The position numbers and the translations under genes are program-made. Positions 18,846 through 29,703 of a stretch of 64,000 bases of DNA are shown piece by piece. How positions within the stretch are numbered: position 1 is the stretch's first letter; every line of letters begins with the position of its first letter. The stretch spans positions 288,001-352,000 of the forward strand of contig CBDFJR010000002.1 in NCBI GenBank assembly GCA_965248535.1. Direction: 5' to 3'. The notes under the pieces were generated by a model. The model saw only the letters and a list, made by a program, of their open reading frames with translations. It did no database searches and was not told the DNA's origin. The DNA is from Phormidesmis sp. (lineage in GTDB: Bacteria > Cyanobacteriota > Cyanobacteriia > Leptolyngbyales > Leptolyngbyaceae).

Positions 18846-21545
18846 ATGGCACGCGGGACTGACTTTGCCCAAGACTATCAACAGGCTGAAAGAGCCTACA
18901 TGCAGGGCAAGTATGAAGAGGCGGCGAAAATTGTCGATCGCCTAGTCGATGAATACCCCCAAGACCCCAGCGCTCGACTTCTGCGGGGACACATCTATTG
19001 CTATGGGCTTCAGCAATATGACGTGGCTCAAGCGCAATATCAAACCGTGCTCAACCTTACGTCTGACACCGAGTTTGTCGATTATGCCAACAGTGGGTTG
19101 ACCTACGCCAACCAGTTTGCAGGTGAGCCAGCCAACGGCCTTTCTGAGAGTCAGTCTGAAGAGGGTGGGGCGTTTGATGAGTTTGATGCTGCAAATCGCG
19201 CCTCGGTGACCCAGCAGCAGCCAGACTCTGACTTTCTAAGCAATGACTTTGTGCTGGATGAAATGGACTTAGAGATGCCTGAATCTCTGCCCTTTCAAAG
19301 CGGTGAGTCGCTGGGCAGCCCGTTTAACAGCCGCCCTGACAATGGCAAGGCTCCTACCCAGAATGCCTTTACAGACGATCCTTTTGCGCTCAGTGACCCT
19401 GATGATTTTGACGCGATCGCCCCCAGTGGGTCAAGCGATCAATTTGCCTTCGACAACCATCACAGCCCCCCCTTTGCAGAGACCAGTCTCGATAGCAATT
19501 TTCCGGCCGCGATGGACGAGTTTGATAGCGTCTTTTCTAGCCCAGATTTTGCCAACGAGTTAGACGAATCTCCCGTTCCGCCGTTATCTGAACCGGAGGC
19601 AGCTAACCCGCCTCGCCAAGACTCTCCTAACCGCTCAGGTTTTAACAATCGGGTGATGGGCGAAGACACGCTTTTTATGGGCGGGCCTGACCTTTATGAC
19701 TCAGCCGAGCCATTTGACGCGCCCGCCGAGCCTCCTTCTCTCTACAGTGGCTCTCACGCCGAGCCGAGCCTGAGTGCTGCGGCAACCCCAGCCGCCAACC
19801 AGAGCAATGTCGATTTTCTAGATGATTTTGACGATTTTGACGATCTCGGCAATCTGTCTGACTTTGACCTTTCAGACGACTCGGCTGGGTTTACCAGTCC
19901 GTCTGTGGGCAGTGACTTTGGTCTCTCTACCAATGGCATCCCGATCGCTCAAAACAGAGCCGGAATGAGTTTTGACGACCACGATCGCTCCACCATCCGC
20001 GAAGATGAACTGTTCAGCATCTCCAACACCTCTGAGCAAGTTCCTAGCTTCACTCAGATGGATAGCCAGTCAGCCGATCCCACTCCCACCGTTGAGCAAG
20101 GCCCCCTGGCGTTTATCGACAATCGCCCTCTAGCCACCAAGCAACTGATCGTGGCAGGTGCAGCGGGCATTGTCTCAGCCGTGGCCGTCGCCGTGGTGAG
20201 TTTCATCTCAGCCAATGGTGCCGCCCAGCAAAATAACCCCACCGTCGTTTCTCAACTGCGAAACACGGGGCTGTTGATGGCTCTAGCGGGGGGCATCTGC
20301 GGAGGAGGCGCAGCCTTTGCAGTGGGGCAAGTCACTGCCAAGCAAATGAAGCGCTCTACGGATGACCTCAAAGCCCAGTTTGATGCTGTCTGTCAAGGCA
20401 ACTTGAATGCCCGCACGACGGTTTATTCAGAAGACGAGCTGGGTCAGTTGTCAAGTGGGTTTAATCAGATGGCGCGGGTGATTTTGACCACCACCAGCGA
20501 GGCCCAGCGCAAAGCCGAAGAGCAAGAGCAAGCCAAAGAAGACTTGCAGCGCCAGGTGATTCGGCTGCTGGACGATGTGGAAGGCGCGGCGAGAGGAGAC
20601 CTGACGGTGCAGGCAGAGGTGACGGCAGATGTGCTGGGGGCGGTCGCAGACTCCTTTAACCTGACCATTCAAAACCTGAGAGAGATTGTGCAGCAGGTGA
20701 AGACGGCTGCCCGTCAGGTCAGCAAAGGGTCAACTGAAAATGAAATGTTTGCCCGCAGTTTGTCTTCAGATGCGTTGCGGCAAGCTGAAGAACTGGCGGT
20801 CACGCTCAACTCAGTGCAGGTGATGACCGACTCGATCCAACGGGTGGCAGAGAGCGCTCGTGAGGCGGAAGAGGTGGCGCGATCGGCATCGGCAACCGCG
20901 CTCAAGGGCGGCGAAGCTGTAGAACGCACCGTGGCGGGTATTTTAGAAATTCGCGAGACGGTGGCCGAAACCACTCGCAAAGTGAAGCGGCTGGCTGAGT
21001 CTTCTCAAGAGATTTCTAAGATTGTGGCGCTGATTTCTCAGATCGCCTCACGAACTAACCTGCTGGCTTTAAACGCCAGTATTGAAGCGGCACGAGCAGG
21101 CGAAGCGGGGCGAGGCTTTGCGATCGTAGCCGATGAAGTTCGCCAACTGGCAGATCGAGCCGCCAAAGCCTCGAAAGAAATTGAGCAAATCGTGCTGCAA
21201 ATTCAGAGTGAGACTGGCTCGGTGATGACCGCGATGGAAGAAGGCACCCAGCAGGTGATTGAAGGGACTCGACTTGCAGAGCAGGCTAAGCGATCGCTCG
21301 AAGACATCATTCAGGTCTCGACTCGCATCAACACCCTGGTGACCTCGATTACCGCCGATACGGTCGAGCAGACCGAAACCTCGCGGGCTGTGGCGCAGGT
21401 GATGCAATCCGTGGAACTGACGGCTCAAGAAACCTCGCAAGAGGCCCAGCGAGTGTCAGGTTCGCTGCAAAATCTGGTGGGCGTTGCACGAGATCTTTTG
21501 ACCTCTGTGGAACGATTCCGCGTGGAAACGATCGAGCGAAAGTAG
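18846..21545 (+). CDS. hmpD: Methyl-accepting chemotaxis protein with N-terminal TPR (HmpD/PilJ)
   Basis: TPR-like N-terminus, acidic linker, 2 [37 protein letters not shown]. Confidence 0.94.
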   Translation: MARGTDFAQDYQQAERAYMQGKYEEAAKIVDRLVDEYPQDPSARLLRGHIYCYGLQQYDVAQAQYQTVLNLTSDTEFVDYANSGLTYANQFAGEPANGLSESQSEEGGAFDEFDAANRASVTQQQPDSDFLSNDFVLDEMDLEMPESLPFQSGESLGSPFNSRPDNGKAPTQNAFTDDPFALSDPDDFDAIAPSGSSDQFAFDNHHSPPFAETSLDSNFPAAMDEFDSVFSSPDFANELDESPVPPLSEPEAANPPRQDSPNRSGFNNRVMGEDTLFMGGPDLYDSAEPFDAPAEPPSLYSGSHAEPSLSAAATPAANQSNVDFLDDFDDFDDLGNLSDFDLSDDSAGFTSPSVGSDFGLSTNGIPIAQNRAGMSFDDHDRSTIREDELFSISNTSEQVPSFTQMDSQSADPTPTVEQGPLAFIDNRPLATKQLIVAGAAGIVSAVAVAVVSFISANGAAQQNNPTVVSQLRNTGLLMALAGGICGGGAAFAVGQVTAKQMKRSTDDLKAQFDAVCQGNLNARTTVYSEDELGQLSSGFNQMARVILTTTSEAQRKAEEQEQAKEDLQRQVIRLLDDVEGAARGDLTVQAEVTADVLGAVADSFNLTIQNLREIVQQVKTAARQVSKGSTENEMFARSLSSDALRQAEELAVTLNSVQVMTDSIQRVAESAREAEEVARSASATALKGGEAVERTVAGILEIRETVAETTRKVKRLAESSQEISKIVALISQIASRTNLLALNASIEAARAGEAGRGFAIVADEVRQLADRAAKASKEIEQIVLQIQSETGSVMTAMEEGTQQVIEGTRLAEQAKRSLEDIIQVSTRINTLVTSITADTVEQTETSRAVAQVMQSVELTAQETSQEAQRVSGSLQNLVGVARDLLTSVERFRVETIERK

Positions 21546-21555
21546 CCTCCATCAC

Positions 21556-21577
21556 AGGCGCTCTTAAAGAGCAGCCT
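21556..21577 (+). terminator. Hairpin after hmpD
   Basis: AGGCGCTCTTAAAGAGCAGCCT imperfect stem-loop about 10 nt after the stop; no U-tract. Confidence 0.4.
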
Positions 21578-21777
21578 CTATCCTGTTTGAGTCAGTTCTT
21601 TCAACGCCATCGGCTCAAACCTGTTCTCAGTCGTTTTAGTTCACTGATTATAAGATGGCCTTGATTTGCAGTTTAGCTCCCAAATTTAGACCATCTATCT
21701 TCTTTCAGACTCCTCTATATGACTCGTTAGAATGGGTCTAAACGGAGGTCACTCTCACCTTAGAAAGGGACAATGCG

Positions 21778-24700
21778 ATGCAGCCAGAACAACAGCAGCG
21801 AATCATGGGCTACTTCATTGAGGAGGCAAAAGACCACCTCAATACCATTGAACAGGGTTTGTTGAATCTGCAAAACACGATCGCAGACCCAGAAATGGTC
21901 AATGAAGTCTTTCGAGCGGCCCACTCAGTCAAAGGGGGAGCCGCAATGCTAGGTCTGAGCAGCATTCAGAAGACCTCCCATCGTCTAGAAGATTTCTTCA
22001 AGATTCTTAAAGAAACTCCGGGCATTAAGCCCGACCAGACCGTAGAAACGCTGCTGCTGAGGGTGTTTGACACGCTCCAAGAGCTATTAGAGCAGCTACA
22101 GGGCCCCTTTGGGTTAACTGAAGAAACGTCGAATGCAACGATGGCTAACGTTGAGCCTGTTTTTGAAGAACTTCAGCAATATCTCAATCTGCTAGAGCGT
22201 CAGGGAACGGCCACGATCGCCGCTAAGGTCGCCTCAGGTGAGCCAGCGATCGTAGCCCCCCCCTCAACGGTCTCCCCCGACAGCGCCTTGGTGCTAATTT
22301 TTCAAAACGATGTGCCTGCTCAATTGCGCGAGATGCTGCAACTGTTTCGCCAGGCAGAAACCTTGTTAGACGGACGAGATCGCTTGCAGGCAATCTGCGC
22401 CGGGCTAAGGGGGCTAGGCGAAGCCTTTGATCTCGATCGGTGGTGCAATCTGGTGAATACGGCTAGCCAAGCGATCGCCGATCCCAACAATGCTTATCGG
22501 GCGTTGGCTCCGATCGTGATCAGAGACTTTAAACAAGCCCAAGAATTGGTTTTGGCGGGTCGAGTGGCGGAGGTTGCCCCCAGCGCGACCCTGATCGCTT
22601 TGGTGCCGCTCGGGGCTGCACCGTTAGCCGCCGCCGACGACTTGGCCGACTTCTTTGCGATGACAGACATCTTAGATGCAGACGACGAGCTAGATCTATC
22701 AGAACTAGACTTGGCGGCTGAAACCAACTCTCTCGCTGACTTGGGACTGGATGATTTAGGACTGGATGATTTAGGACTGGATACCGCTCTGTTTGAATCT
22801 GGCACTGACGACCCTCTAGCAGAGACCGCTGAGTCTTCTGGGTTGGGCGATCGCAACGGCCCCGAAGTGGGAATGGCAGAACTCAACAGCTTGGCCGATT
22901 TGTTTGAAGGCGAAATGCCCGATCTCGGTGCCACCTGGCAAAGAGAAGAGGTGATTGGCAGCGCTCAATCTCCAGCGTTTGATCTCACGGGCGAAGAGGC
23001 AGACGATAGCGGCGACTTCTCAGACTTGCTGTTTGACGATTTGGCGACCCCTGCGATCACTGACCCCTCAGATGACGACGATCTCACAAGCCTGTTTGGA
23101 GATGATCTCTTAGAAGAGTTGTCTATGCCTGACGGGAGCGCTGATCGGCTGGCAGAGATTCCTCCTCTCGTTGACATAGCGTCAGACGACGAAGACTTTG
23201 ATCTGTTCGACTTGAGCACTTCTGAAGAACTCTCTCCATCATCGGATGGAGATATCTTTGACGACCTGAGTCTAGAAACCCTGGGCGACCTCAATCTAGC
23301 TAGCGGCCCAGAAGATTTCTCAAGCGCGACTGCTTCACGCCCAGCCGCCGAAACGCCGCCGCCAGACGACTTGGGCGACTTGTTCACCGAGCTAGATGAC
23401 GACGATTTCAGCTTTGACGGTCTCGATAGCCTGTTAGATGCCGATCCGACCCCGGCTGCCTCGATCTCAGACCCGTGGGAAAGCCTAGAGAAACCAGGAT
23501 CTCCTTTAAACTTAACTCTCGAATCAGCCCCCCAAAATGAACTCGACAGCCTAACAGATGACCCCTTTGGCGATTTAGCTGATCTCGATTTTGGTCTACC
23601 CGAAGAACCTGCGACCTCTCTAGACAGTTCAGAGTCCCTTTCTTTGGAAACCTCTGATCAAGAGACGGCTGATCTCTCTCTCACGGGCGATTTTTGGACT
23701 CTATCCGAGGCGGGCGCAGAAACCGAATTGCCTCTAAACTTGGGCGACGAACTAGAGACACCCAGCTTTGGCTTCGATAGCCTGACTGCAACCGAGGAGT
23801 CATTAGGATTTTCTAATAGCCTGTTTGCCGATGCTGCAAGTGACGACGACCCGACAGAACTAGACCTGACCCTGGCAAGCAGAGAGCTTCCCTATAGCCT
23901 GGAGGTGTCAGACGACGACGATCTGTTGGCAGGTCTTTTGACAAATGAAGCTAGTGAAGAAACGCTGCTTGACGGGTTAGAACTTGACGGCTTAGAACTT
24001 GACGGCTTAGAACTTGCCAGTGCCTTCAATAGAGAGCCAGAACCTCTAGACGATGGGCTAGACCTGACTGATTTAGAAGATGATTTCTTTGGGTTGAGCG
24101 GTGGAGAGGCTGCCGACTTGAGCGATCGCCCAGCAGCCTCCCCGGTGGAGAGTTTCTTCGCGCTGAATTTGGAAGCTGATTCAGAATCAGACCCTTTTGC
24201 GCTGAATTTAGAAGCTGATTTAGAATCAGAGCCTGCTGACTTAGCAGGGTTATTTGGCTCTGATTCTGCCCTTGGCTTCAGTCTTGATCACCCTCAAGAA
24301 TCGTCGGATCTAAATTTCAATACCACCTTAGAGACCAACGACGAGCTTGGTAGCTTATTTGATGCCAGCTCTGAGGATCTAGGTCTACTATTTGCTGATG
24401 AGCCAAATTTAGGGTTAGAAGCAACTGATTCTCTGGGCTTTCCGATGGCCGCAGAGCCAAGCGAAGAGCCGATCGCTGAGGCTTCAGCCGCCCCTGCCCA
24501 AGACAGGTTTGACTTTGATCTACCTTCAAACGACTTAGACGATCTGCTAAACCTAGATCTGACCGCAGAAGAAACCTCGCTAGACTTCGATGGGCCTTCG
24601 ACGGATGATCGGTCAGAGAGCTTAGACGACCCGCTAGGTTTAGGGTTGATTGAAGCAGCAGACCCCTTGGGCTTTGATCTGCTTTTAGAGGACGATCCCT

Positions 24701-27660
24701 CAGAGACCCAACTTTTTGACTCCGCTTTAGGGTTTGACGAGAGTGAAGGATCAGAACTGCCTGACAATCTCGACCCGATCGCTGAACCAGATCTCTTCAG
24801 ACTTGACTCAGACGAGCTAGTTTTAGAGTCTCCAGACAGCCTGAGTGACGTAGAGTTTGACTTATTCTCTGAAGAGCCAGAAACTGCATCCCTCGCAGCA
24901 GACTCCTCAGATTCACTATTTGGTGATTTAGATAGTGATCTAGGCATCGATTTAGACAGCGATTTAGACCTTGACCTTTCACAGACGGCTGATTTCGACT
25001 TAGAGAGCCTTGATGGGTTTGAGCCATCTGAATCCGATGCTGCTGCTAGCGAAGCGGCTGATGACTCAGGGTTCAGTTCTCTGCTCGGAGTGGGCATTGC
25101 GGCTGCGTCAGTGGCCGCTCTAGGGGCAGCCATAACCGCGACTCATAGACCCGATGAATCTCACGAGACCGAAGCAGAATTAGATGACCTGTTTGGATCA
25201 GAGACTTCTGAGCCAGAAGCCAGCCTAGAAACTGATCTTGAGTTTGGTGATCTAGATGATTTCTTAAGTGATGACCTAGATCTATCAGCACCCTCTGACA
25301 CCGAAAACTTTGATGATCTAGATGGCTTGTTTGGTGAAGCAGTCACCGATTCATTAGCTGAAGCAGCTAGCTTAGATCAGTTACTCGATCAGCCATCGGC
25401 TCAGTCAGACGAGTTTGACGACCTGAATGCGTTGCTGAGTGATCAGGGGCTGTCTTCGCTAGAGCAAAGCGCCGCAGCCGAGAACTTTGATGATCTAGAG
25501 TCTCTGCTGTCCGATGCCCCTGAACCCTTAGCTCCCCCCTCTCAGATCGAGTTTTCAGCCTACGTCAGCGACTCTGATATGGAGTTTGACGATCTAGAGA
25601 AGATGCTAGAAGACGCTGACAAAACGATGGGAGGAAGTCCTTCGGCAAAAGGTCTCAGCACTGCTCAAGCGGGACGACGCATCAATCGACCGGGCAAGGG
25701 ACTTAGTGAACAGACGATGCGAGTTCCGGTTAAGCACCTCGACAACCTCAGCAACTTAGTCGGGGAATTAGTCGTTAACCGAAATAGCCTAGAGCAAGAC
25801 CAAGAACGGCTGCGGCAGTCGCTCGATAACCTCCTCTATCAGGTGCAGCAGTTGAGCGATGTCGGTCAGCGAATGCAGGATTTGTATGAGCGATCGCTGT
25901 TAGAAAGCTCGCTGCTGGCCAGCCGTAGTCAACGCACGTCTTCCATTTTTGGCACGCCGATGCGAAGTGCTATCACTCCTAATAACCCTTCAGAAGTGGA
26001 GTATGATCCCCTAGAAATGGATCGGTTCACGGGCTTTCACTCACTTTCGCAGGAAATGATCGAGTTGATTGTGCGAGTGCGAGAGTCTGCGTCTGACATT
26101 GGCTTTATCGTCGATGAAACTGACCAAGTGACGCGGATGTTCCGGCAGGTAACGACGCAACTGCAAGAAGGGCTGACGCGATCGCGCATGGTGCCCTTTG
26201 CCCAGACCGCCGATCGTCTCCCTCGCGCCGTGCGAGATATTGCCATGAAGTGTGGCAAACAAGCAGAACTGGTGATCGAAGGTCGCGACACCCTGATTGA
26301 CAAGATGATTCTGGAGCACCTCTACGACCCGATGACGCATCTAGTCAACAACGCCATCACCCACGGCATTGAAACCCCAGATGTGCGCCGAGCCGCCGGA
26401 AAATCTCCCATCGGTCAGATTACGATTCGGGCTTTTCACCAGGGCAACCAGACCGTGATCTCGGTGTCAGACGATGGTGCAGGGGTGGATATTGAACGAG
26501 TCAAAGTCAAAGCGATCGAGAAAGGGTTAATCACCTCCGCCGAGTCTAAATCGATGGCGCGGCTCGATATCTATGACCTGCTCTTCCATCCGGGTTTCAC
26601 CACTAAAGACCAGGCAGATGATTTCTCAGGGCGAGGGGTGGGCATGGATGTCGTCCGCACCAGCCTCAATGAAATTCGGGGAGTCATCAACACCGACTCA
26701 GCTATGAGCAAGGGCACCACGTTTACGGTGCGGCTACCTCTCACCCTCAGCATCTCAAAAGCTCTGTGCTGCGTCAGCGATCGGGCCCGCGTAGCCTTTC
26801 CGATGGATGGGGTAGAAGATATGCTCGATATTCCTAAAGAGCGCATTCAAACCGACGCGGAAGGCAACCCGGCGATCGCGTGGCGAGATTCTGTGCTCAC
26901 GTTACGCCCTTTGACAGAGTTACTAGGCTACAATCGCCACCTCAGCCGCGGCAATGTCTATGGCGGCAACCAAGAAGACGATATGGTGTCTGTGGTGGTG
27001 CTTCGCAGTGCGGGCAACTACTTGGCACTTCAGGTTGATCAAGTCTTGGGTGAGCAAGAGATCGTAATCAAGCAGCTAGAGGGCCCGGTTCCCAAGCCTG
27101 TTGGGGTGGCTGGGGCAACGGTGCTAGGCGATGGTCGAATTATGCCGATCGCGGACGTATTAGAGTTAATCGATCTGTCAATGGGTCGAATTCGTCGCGA
27201 TGTTGGCACCATGTGGGATCAGGGTGCTGCCCAGTCTAACGATACGATCGCGGTCAAGACCGAGCCAACGGTGCTGATTGTGGATGACTCGATCACGGTG
27301 CGCGAGTTGCTGTCGATGACCTTTAACAAAGTGGGCTATCGAGTTGAGCAAGCCCGCGATGGTCAAGAAGCGTGGGAGAAGCTGAGAGCAGGGCTGCCGT
27401 GCGATATCGTGTTTTGTGACATTGAGATGCCAAGAATGGACGGCTTAGAACTGCTGTCGCGAATTCAGAAAGATCCCAATTTGAGCAGCCTGCCGATCGC
27501 GATGTTGACTTCTCGCGGTGCCGATCGCCACCGTCAAATGGCAGCATCTCTAGGGGCAAGTGGCTACTTCACTAAGCCTTATCTAGAAGAAGCGCTCTTG
27601 GATGCGGCTCAACGAATGCTGAAGGGAGAGATTCTAATCGTCAACAATCGAGACCAATAA
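21778..27660 (+). CDS. hmpE: CheA-like hybrid histidine kinase (HmpE/PilL)
   Basis: Hpt FRAAHSVKG, ~1000-aa acidic linker, HATPase (NAITHG, SDDGAG, GRGVGMD), CheW and receiver domains. Confidence 0.95.
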   Translation: MQPEQQQRIMGYFIEEAKDHLNTIEQGLLNLQNTIADPEMVNEVFRAAHSVKGGAAMLGLSSIQKTSHRLEDFFKILKETPGIKPDQTVETLLLRVFDTLQELLEQLQGPFGLTEETSNATMANVEPVFEELQQYLNLLERQGTATIAAKVASGEPAIVAPPSTVSPDSALVLIFQNDVPAQLREMLQLFRQAETLLDGRDRLQAICAGLRGLGEAFDLDRWCNLVNTASQAIADPNNAYRALAPIVIRDFKQAQELVLAGRVAEVAPSATLIALVPLGAAPLAAADDLADFFAMTDILDADDELDLSELDLAAETNSLADLGLDDLGLDDLGLDTALFESGTDDPLAETAESSGLGDRNGPEVGMAELNSLADLFEGEMPDLGATWQREEVIGSAQSPAFDLTGEEADDSGDFSDLLFDDLATPAITDPSDDDDLTSLFGDDLLEELSMPDGSADRLAEIPPLVDIASDDEDFDLFDLSTSEELSPSSDGDIFDDLSLETLGDLNLASGPEDFSSATASRPAAETPPPDDLGDLFTELDDDDFSFDGLDSLLDADPTPAASISDPWESLEKPGSPLNLTLESAPQNELDSLTDDPFGDLADLDFGLPEEPATSLDSSESLSLETSDQETADLSLTGDFWTLSEAGAETELPLNLGDELETPSFGFDSLTATEESLGFSNSLFADAASDDDPTELDLTLASRELPYSLEVSDDDDLLAGLLTNEASEETLLDGLELDGLELDGLELASAFNREPEPLDDGLDLTDLEDDFFGLSGGEAADLSDRPAASPVESFFALNLEADSESDPFALNLEADLESEPADLAGLFGSDSALGFSLDHPQESSDLNFNTTLETNDELGSLFDASSEDLGLLFADEPNLGLEATDSLGFPMAAEPSEEPIAEASAAPAQDRFDFDLPSNDLDDLLNLDLTAEETSLDFDGPSTDDRSESLDDPLGLGLIEAADPLGFDLLLEDDPSETQLFDSALGFDESEGSELPDNLDPIAEPDLFRLDSDELVLESPDSLSDVEFDLFSEEPETASLAADSSDSLFGDLDSDLGIDLDSDLDLDLSQTADFDLESLDGFEPSESDAAASEAADDSGFSSLLGVGIAAASVAALGAAITATHRPDESHETEAELDDLFGSETSEPEASLETDLEFGDLDDFLSDDLDLSAPSDTENFDDLDGLFGEAVTDSLAEAASLDQLLDQPSAQSDEFDDLNALLSDQGLSSLEQSAAAENFDDLESLLSDAPEPLAPPSQIEFSAYVSDSDMEFDDLEKMLEDADKTMGGSPSAKGLSTAQAGRRINRPGKGLSEQTMRVPVKHLDNLSNLVGELVVNRNSLEQDQERLRQSLDNLLYQVQQLSDVGQRMQDLYERSLLESSLLASRSQRTSSIFGTPMRSAITPNNPSEVEYDPLEMDRFTGFHSLSQEMIELIVRVRESASDIGFIVDETDQVTRMFRQVTTQLQEGLTRSRMVPFAQTADRLPRAVRDIAMKCGKQAELVIEGRDTLIDKMILEHLYDPMTHLVNNAITHGIETPDVRRAAGKSPIGQITIRAFHQGNQTVISVSDDGAGVDIERVKVKAIEKGLITSAESKSMARLDIYDLLFHPGFTTKDQADDFSGRGVGMDVVRTSLNEIRGVINTDSAMSKGTTFTVRLPLTLSISKALCCVSDRARVAFPMDGVEDMLDIPKERIQTDAEGNPAIAWRDSVLTLRPLTELLGYNRHLSRGNVYGGNQEDDMVSVVVLRSAGNYLALQVDQVLGEQEIVIKQLEGPVPKPVGVAGATVLGDGRIMPIADVLELIDLSMGRIRRDVGTMWDQGAAQSNDTIAVKTEPTVLIVDDSITVRELLSMTFNKVGYRVEQARDGQEAWEKLRAGLPCDIVFCDIEMPRMDGLELLSRIQKDPNLSSLPIAMLTSRGADRHRQMAASLGASGYFTKPYLEEALLDAAQRMLKGEILIVNNRDQ
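22738..22782 (+). repeat. 3 x 15-bp tandem repeat in hmpE (DLGLD)
   Basis: GACTTGGGACTGGAT followed by two copies of GATTTAGGACTGGAT. Confidence 0.9.
23968..24012 (+). repeat. 3 x 15-bp tandem repeat in hmpE (LDGLE)
   Basis: CTTGACGG(G/C)TTAGAA x3. Confidence 0.9.
24157..24234 (+). repeat. 2 x 39-bp tandem duplication in hmpE
   Basis: FALNLEADSESDP / FALNLEADLESEP with near-identical DNA. Confidence 0.88.
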
Positions 27661-27697
27661 CCGAGACGGGTGGACTCCAAATTTCATCGACTTAATT

Positions 27698-27729
27698 AAA
27701 GGGATGGGTTTAAATCTCATCCCTTTTTG
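27698..27729. terminator. Bidirectional terminator between hmpE and comA
   Basis: AAAGGGATG...CATCCCTTTTTT. Confidence 0.75.
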
Positions 27730-27738
27730 GCTGGATTT

Positions 27739-29484
27739 TTACCAGGTGACGCGATCGCGCAACTTTTCGACCAGCTTGGGGCCGACCCCAGACACCCGAT
27801 CGAGGTCGTCTAGAGAAGCAAACGGTTTTTGCTCACGAGCCACAATAATCCGTTTAGCCAAACCGGGGCCGACTCCGGGCAGAGCTTCTAGTTCTTCTAG
27901 GGTGGCTGTGTTCAGGTTCACAGGTTGGTGGAGCGTTCTATCAGACCGTTGGGGTGCAGGTTTTTGAGAGGTTGGGGATGAAGCTCGCGGCTCAGACCGT
28001 TGGGGTGCAGGTTTTTGAGGGATGGGGGATGAAGCTCGCGGCTCAGAAACGGGGGCGATCGCAGGGGGCGGGGTCGGCTTGCCGCACTGTTGTTGATAGG
28101 CTTCGACCTTGTGGCGAATCGCAGGCGGCAACCCTAGAATCGCATCTGCATAAAGGCGATCGAACTCGCGCTGAAAATGCGCCGCTACCAGCGAACTGTG
28201 AATCACTAGAAGGGTTTCGTCGTTGCCCTGATTGGCCGCAACCGTCCAGTTATGAGACCCGGTGATCACCGTCTGCCCATCCACGATGCCAAACTTGTGA
28301 TGAAGCAGGTCACCGGGCGGCAAGCGGGGCACTCCTACCGTCGTAATGGGCGCTTGCCAGGGGCGATTGGTGGGGTCGAGCTTGCAGGTGTCTCCTAGAG
28401 CAACGCCCAACATATCAAGTCCTTCGCTGTAGGGTCGAAACATAAAGCTAGGCTCAATCAGCGCCTTGATTTGGGCCCCTTTTTGATGCTGAATCTCCAG
28501 TAAATTCACGAGGGGCTGATCTGAGAAAACAAACAGCGCCATCTCGATCGACTGGCTAGCCTGACCCAGGGTTTTGCCAATTAGCCCGTTGGTGGTTTGC
28601 TCCCACGGCAGAGAGGGGGCTGAGGGAGAGAATTGCACCTCGATCGTGGTGTCGCCTACCTGCACTTTTTGGGGGTCGCGATGGGGCTTTTTGGCTCCGA
28701 ACAGGCTGTCAGGTTTGCCGCCGGGGCCGTCGCCCCACATGAGATTAAATTCTTGCGTAAAGAGAGTTGCTAACTCTGGGCTGTCAATTTTGAGCAGGTT
28801 GTTGGCGTTGCCGCGACTCGTGAGGGTCTTAAAGTCGCCATGCACGTCTGACGGGGTAAAGTTGGCCGAGGTGACGACGATCGTGCGTCCGTCTACAATC
28901 ACAAATTTGTGGTGCATCAGGTTGCTGCCGCGAGACCCGCCCGCCGTGTCGTCGAGACGAGGAATTTTGGCATTGTCGAGCATCACCAGCGCATCGCCCT
29001 GACTGATTTCGGTAGGACTCAACTGTCCGTCTCCGTTTTGGTCGATCAGTTTGAGAGATTCACTATAGCGATCGCGCTCTCGTTCTGGCAGCTTGGCAAT
29101 TTCATCAGAGCGCAGGCTGCTGACGGGGCGCGAATAGCTATTTTCGAGAATGACCCGCACCTTGACCCCAGCTTGAGCACGATCGCTGAGAGCTTTGGCG
29201 ATTTTGGGCAATCGAAATTCTTGAACGGCTACTTCAACGCTGGTTTGAGCCGATGCGATCGCATCTACGATGATTTGTTCGAGGTCGTCGCCCGATCGGG
29301 TTTGTTTGCGATAAGGCTCTGTATATTGCGAAGCAGGTTCATGGTTTGTGTAAACCTGAACTCGCGCTTCTTGGGGCAGCAGTGCCGGACGAGAGGGCTG
29401 GGGTTGAGCTTGCTGGCAAGCGGCAAGGCCTAGGGCTAAGGCAGCACTAGAGAAATTTCGGGAGAGGGAAGAGATTAGACGCAC
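27739..29484 (-). CDS. comA: Competence protein ComA (PLD-like domains plus ComEA helix-hairpin-helix), lipoprotein
   Basis: Lipobox LAAC; two HKD motifs (HHKFVIVD, HHKFGIVD); VNLNTAT...LPGVGP...VSGVGP. Confidence 0.88.
   Translation of the reverse strand: MRLISSLSRNFSSAALALGLAACQQAQPQPSRPALLPQEARVQVYTNHEPASQYTEPYRKQTRSGDDLEQIIVDAIASAQTSVEVAVQEFRLPKIAKALSDRAQAGVKVRVILENSYSRPVSSLRSDEIAKLPERERDRYSESLKLIDQNGDGQLSPTEISQGDALVMLDNAKIPRLDDTAGGSRGSNLMHHKFVIVDGRTIVVTSANFTPSDVHGDFKTLTSRGNANNLLKIDSPELATLFTQEFNLMWGDGPGGKPDSLFGAKKPHRDPQKVQVGDTTIEVQFSPSAPSLPWEQTTNGLIGKTLGQASQSIEMALFVFSDQPLVNLLEIQHQKGAQIKALIEPSFMFRPYSEGLDMLGVALGDTCKLDPTNRPWQAPITTVGVPRLPPGDLLHHKFGIVDGQTVITGSHNWTVAANQGNDETLLVIHSSLVAAHFQREFDRLYADAILGLPPAIRHKVEAYQQQCGKPTPPPAIAPVSEPRASSPIPQKPAPQRSEPRASSPTSQKPAPQRSDRTLHQPVNLNTATLEELEALPGVGPGLAKRIIVAREQKPFASLDDLDRVSGVGPKLVEKLRDRVTW
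27941..28047. repeat. 2 x 51-bp tandem duplication in the comA linker
   Basis: Units 27941-27991 and 27992-28042 differ at 3 positions; encode SEPRASSPxxQKPAPQR. Confidence 0.92.
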
Positions 29485-29703
29485 AATAAGCTAGATTGGG
29501 AAGTCTGAAGCAAAAAGATCTGCTTGTAGCGTACCCAAAGGAAACCACGGTTCTCTGATCGGTCTGCGATTAGGTTGAGGATGGTGGACTCTATCCCTTG
29601 GGTTGCTTGAACGAGTAACGGGCATAGCGTCGCCACACCCTACAAAAACTCTGTCTTCTCACCCTCCAGATCTCTGCTCACTTGTTCTGCTGTTTAACGA
29701 CTT

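Noticed and set aside
22494..25346. Long Ser-rich antisense ORFs (e.g. 24294-25133, 279 aa)
   Set aside because: Shadow frames of the Asp/Glu/Leu-biased hmpE linker
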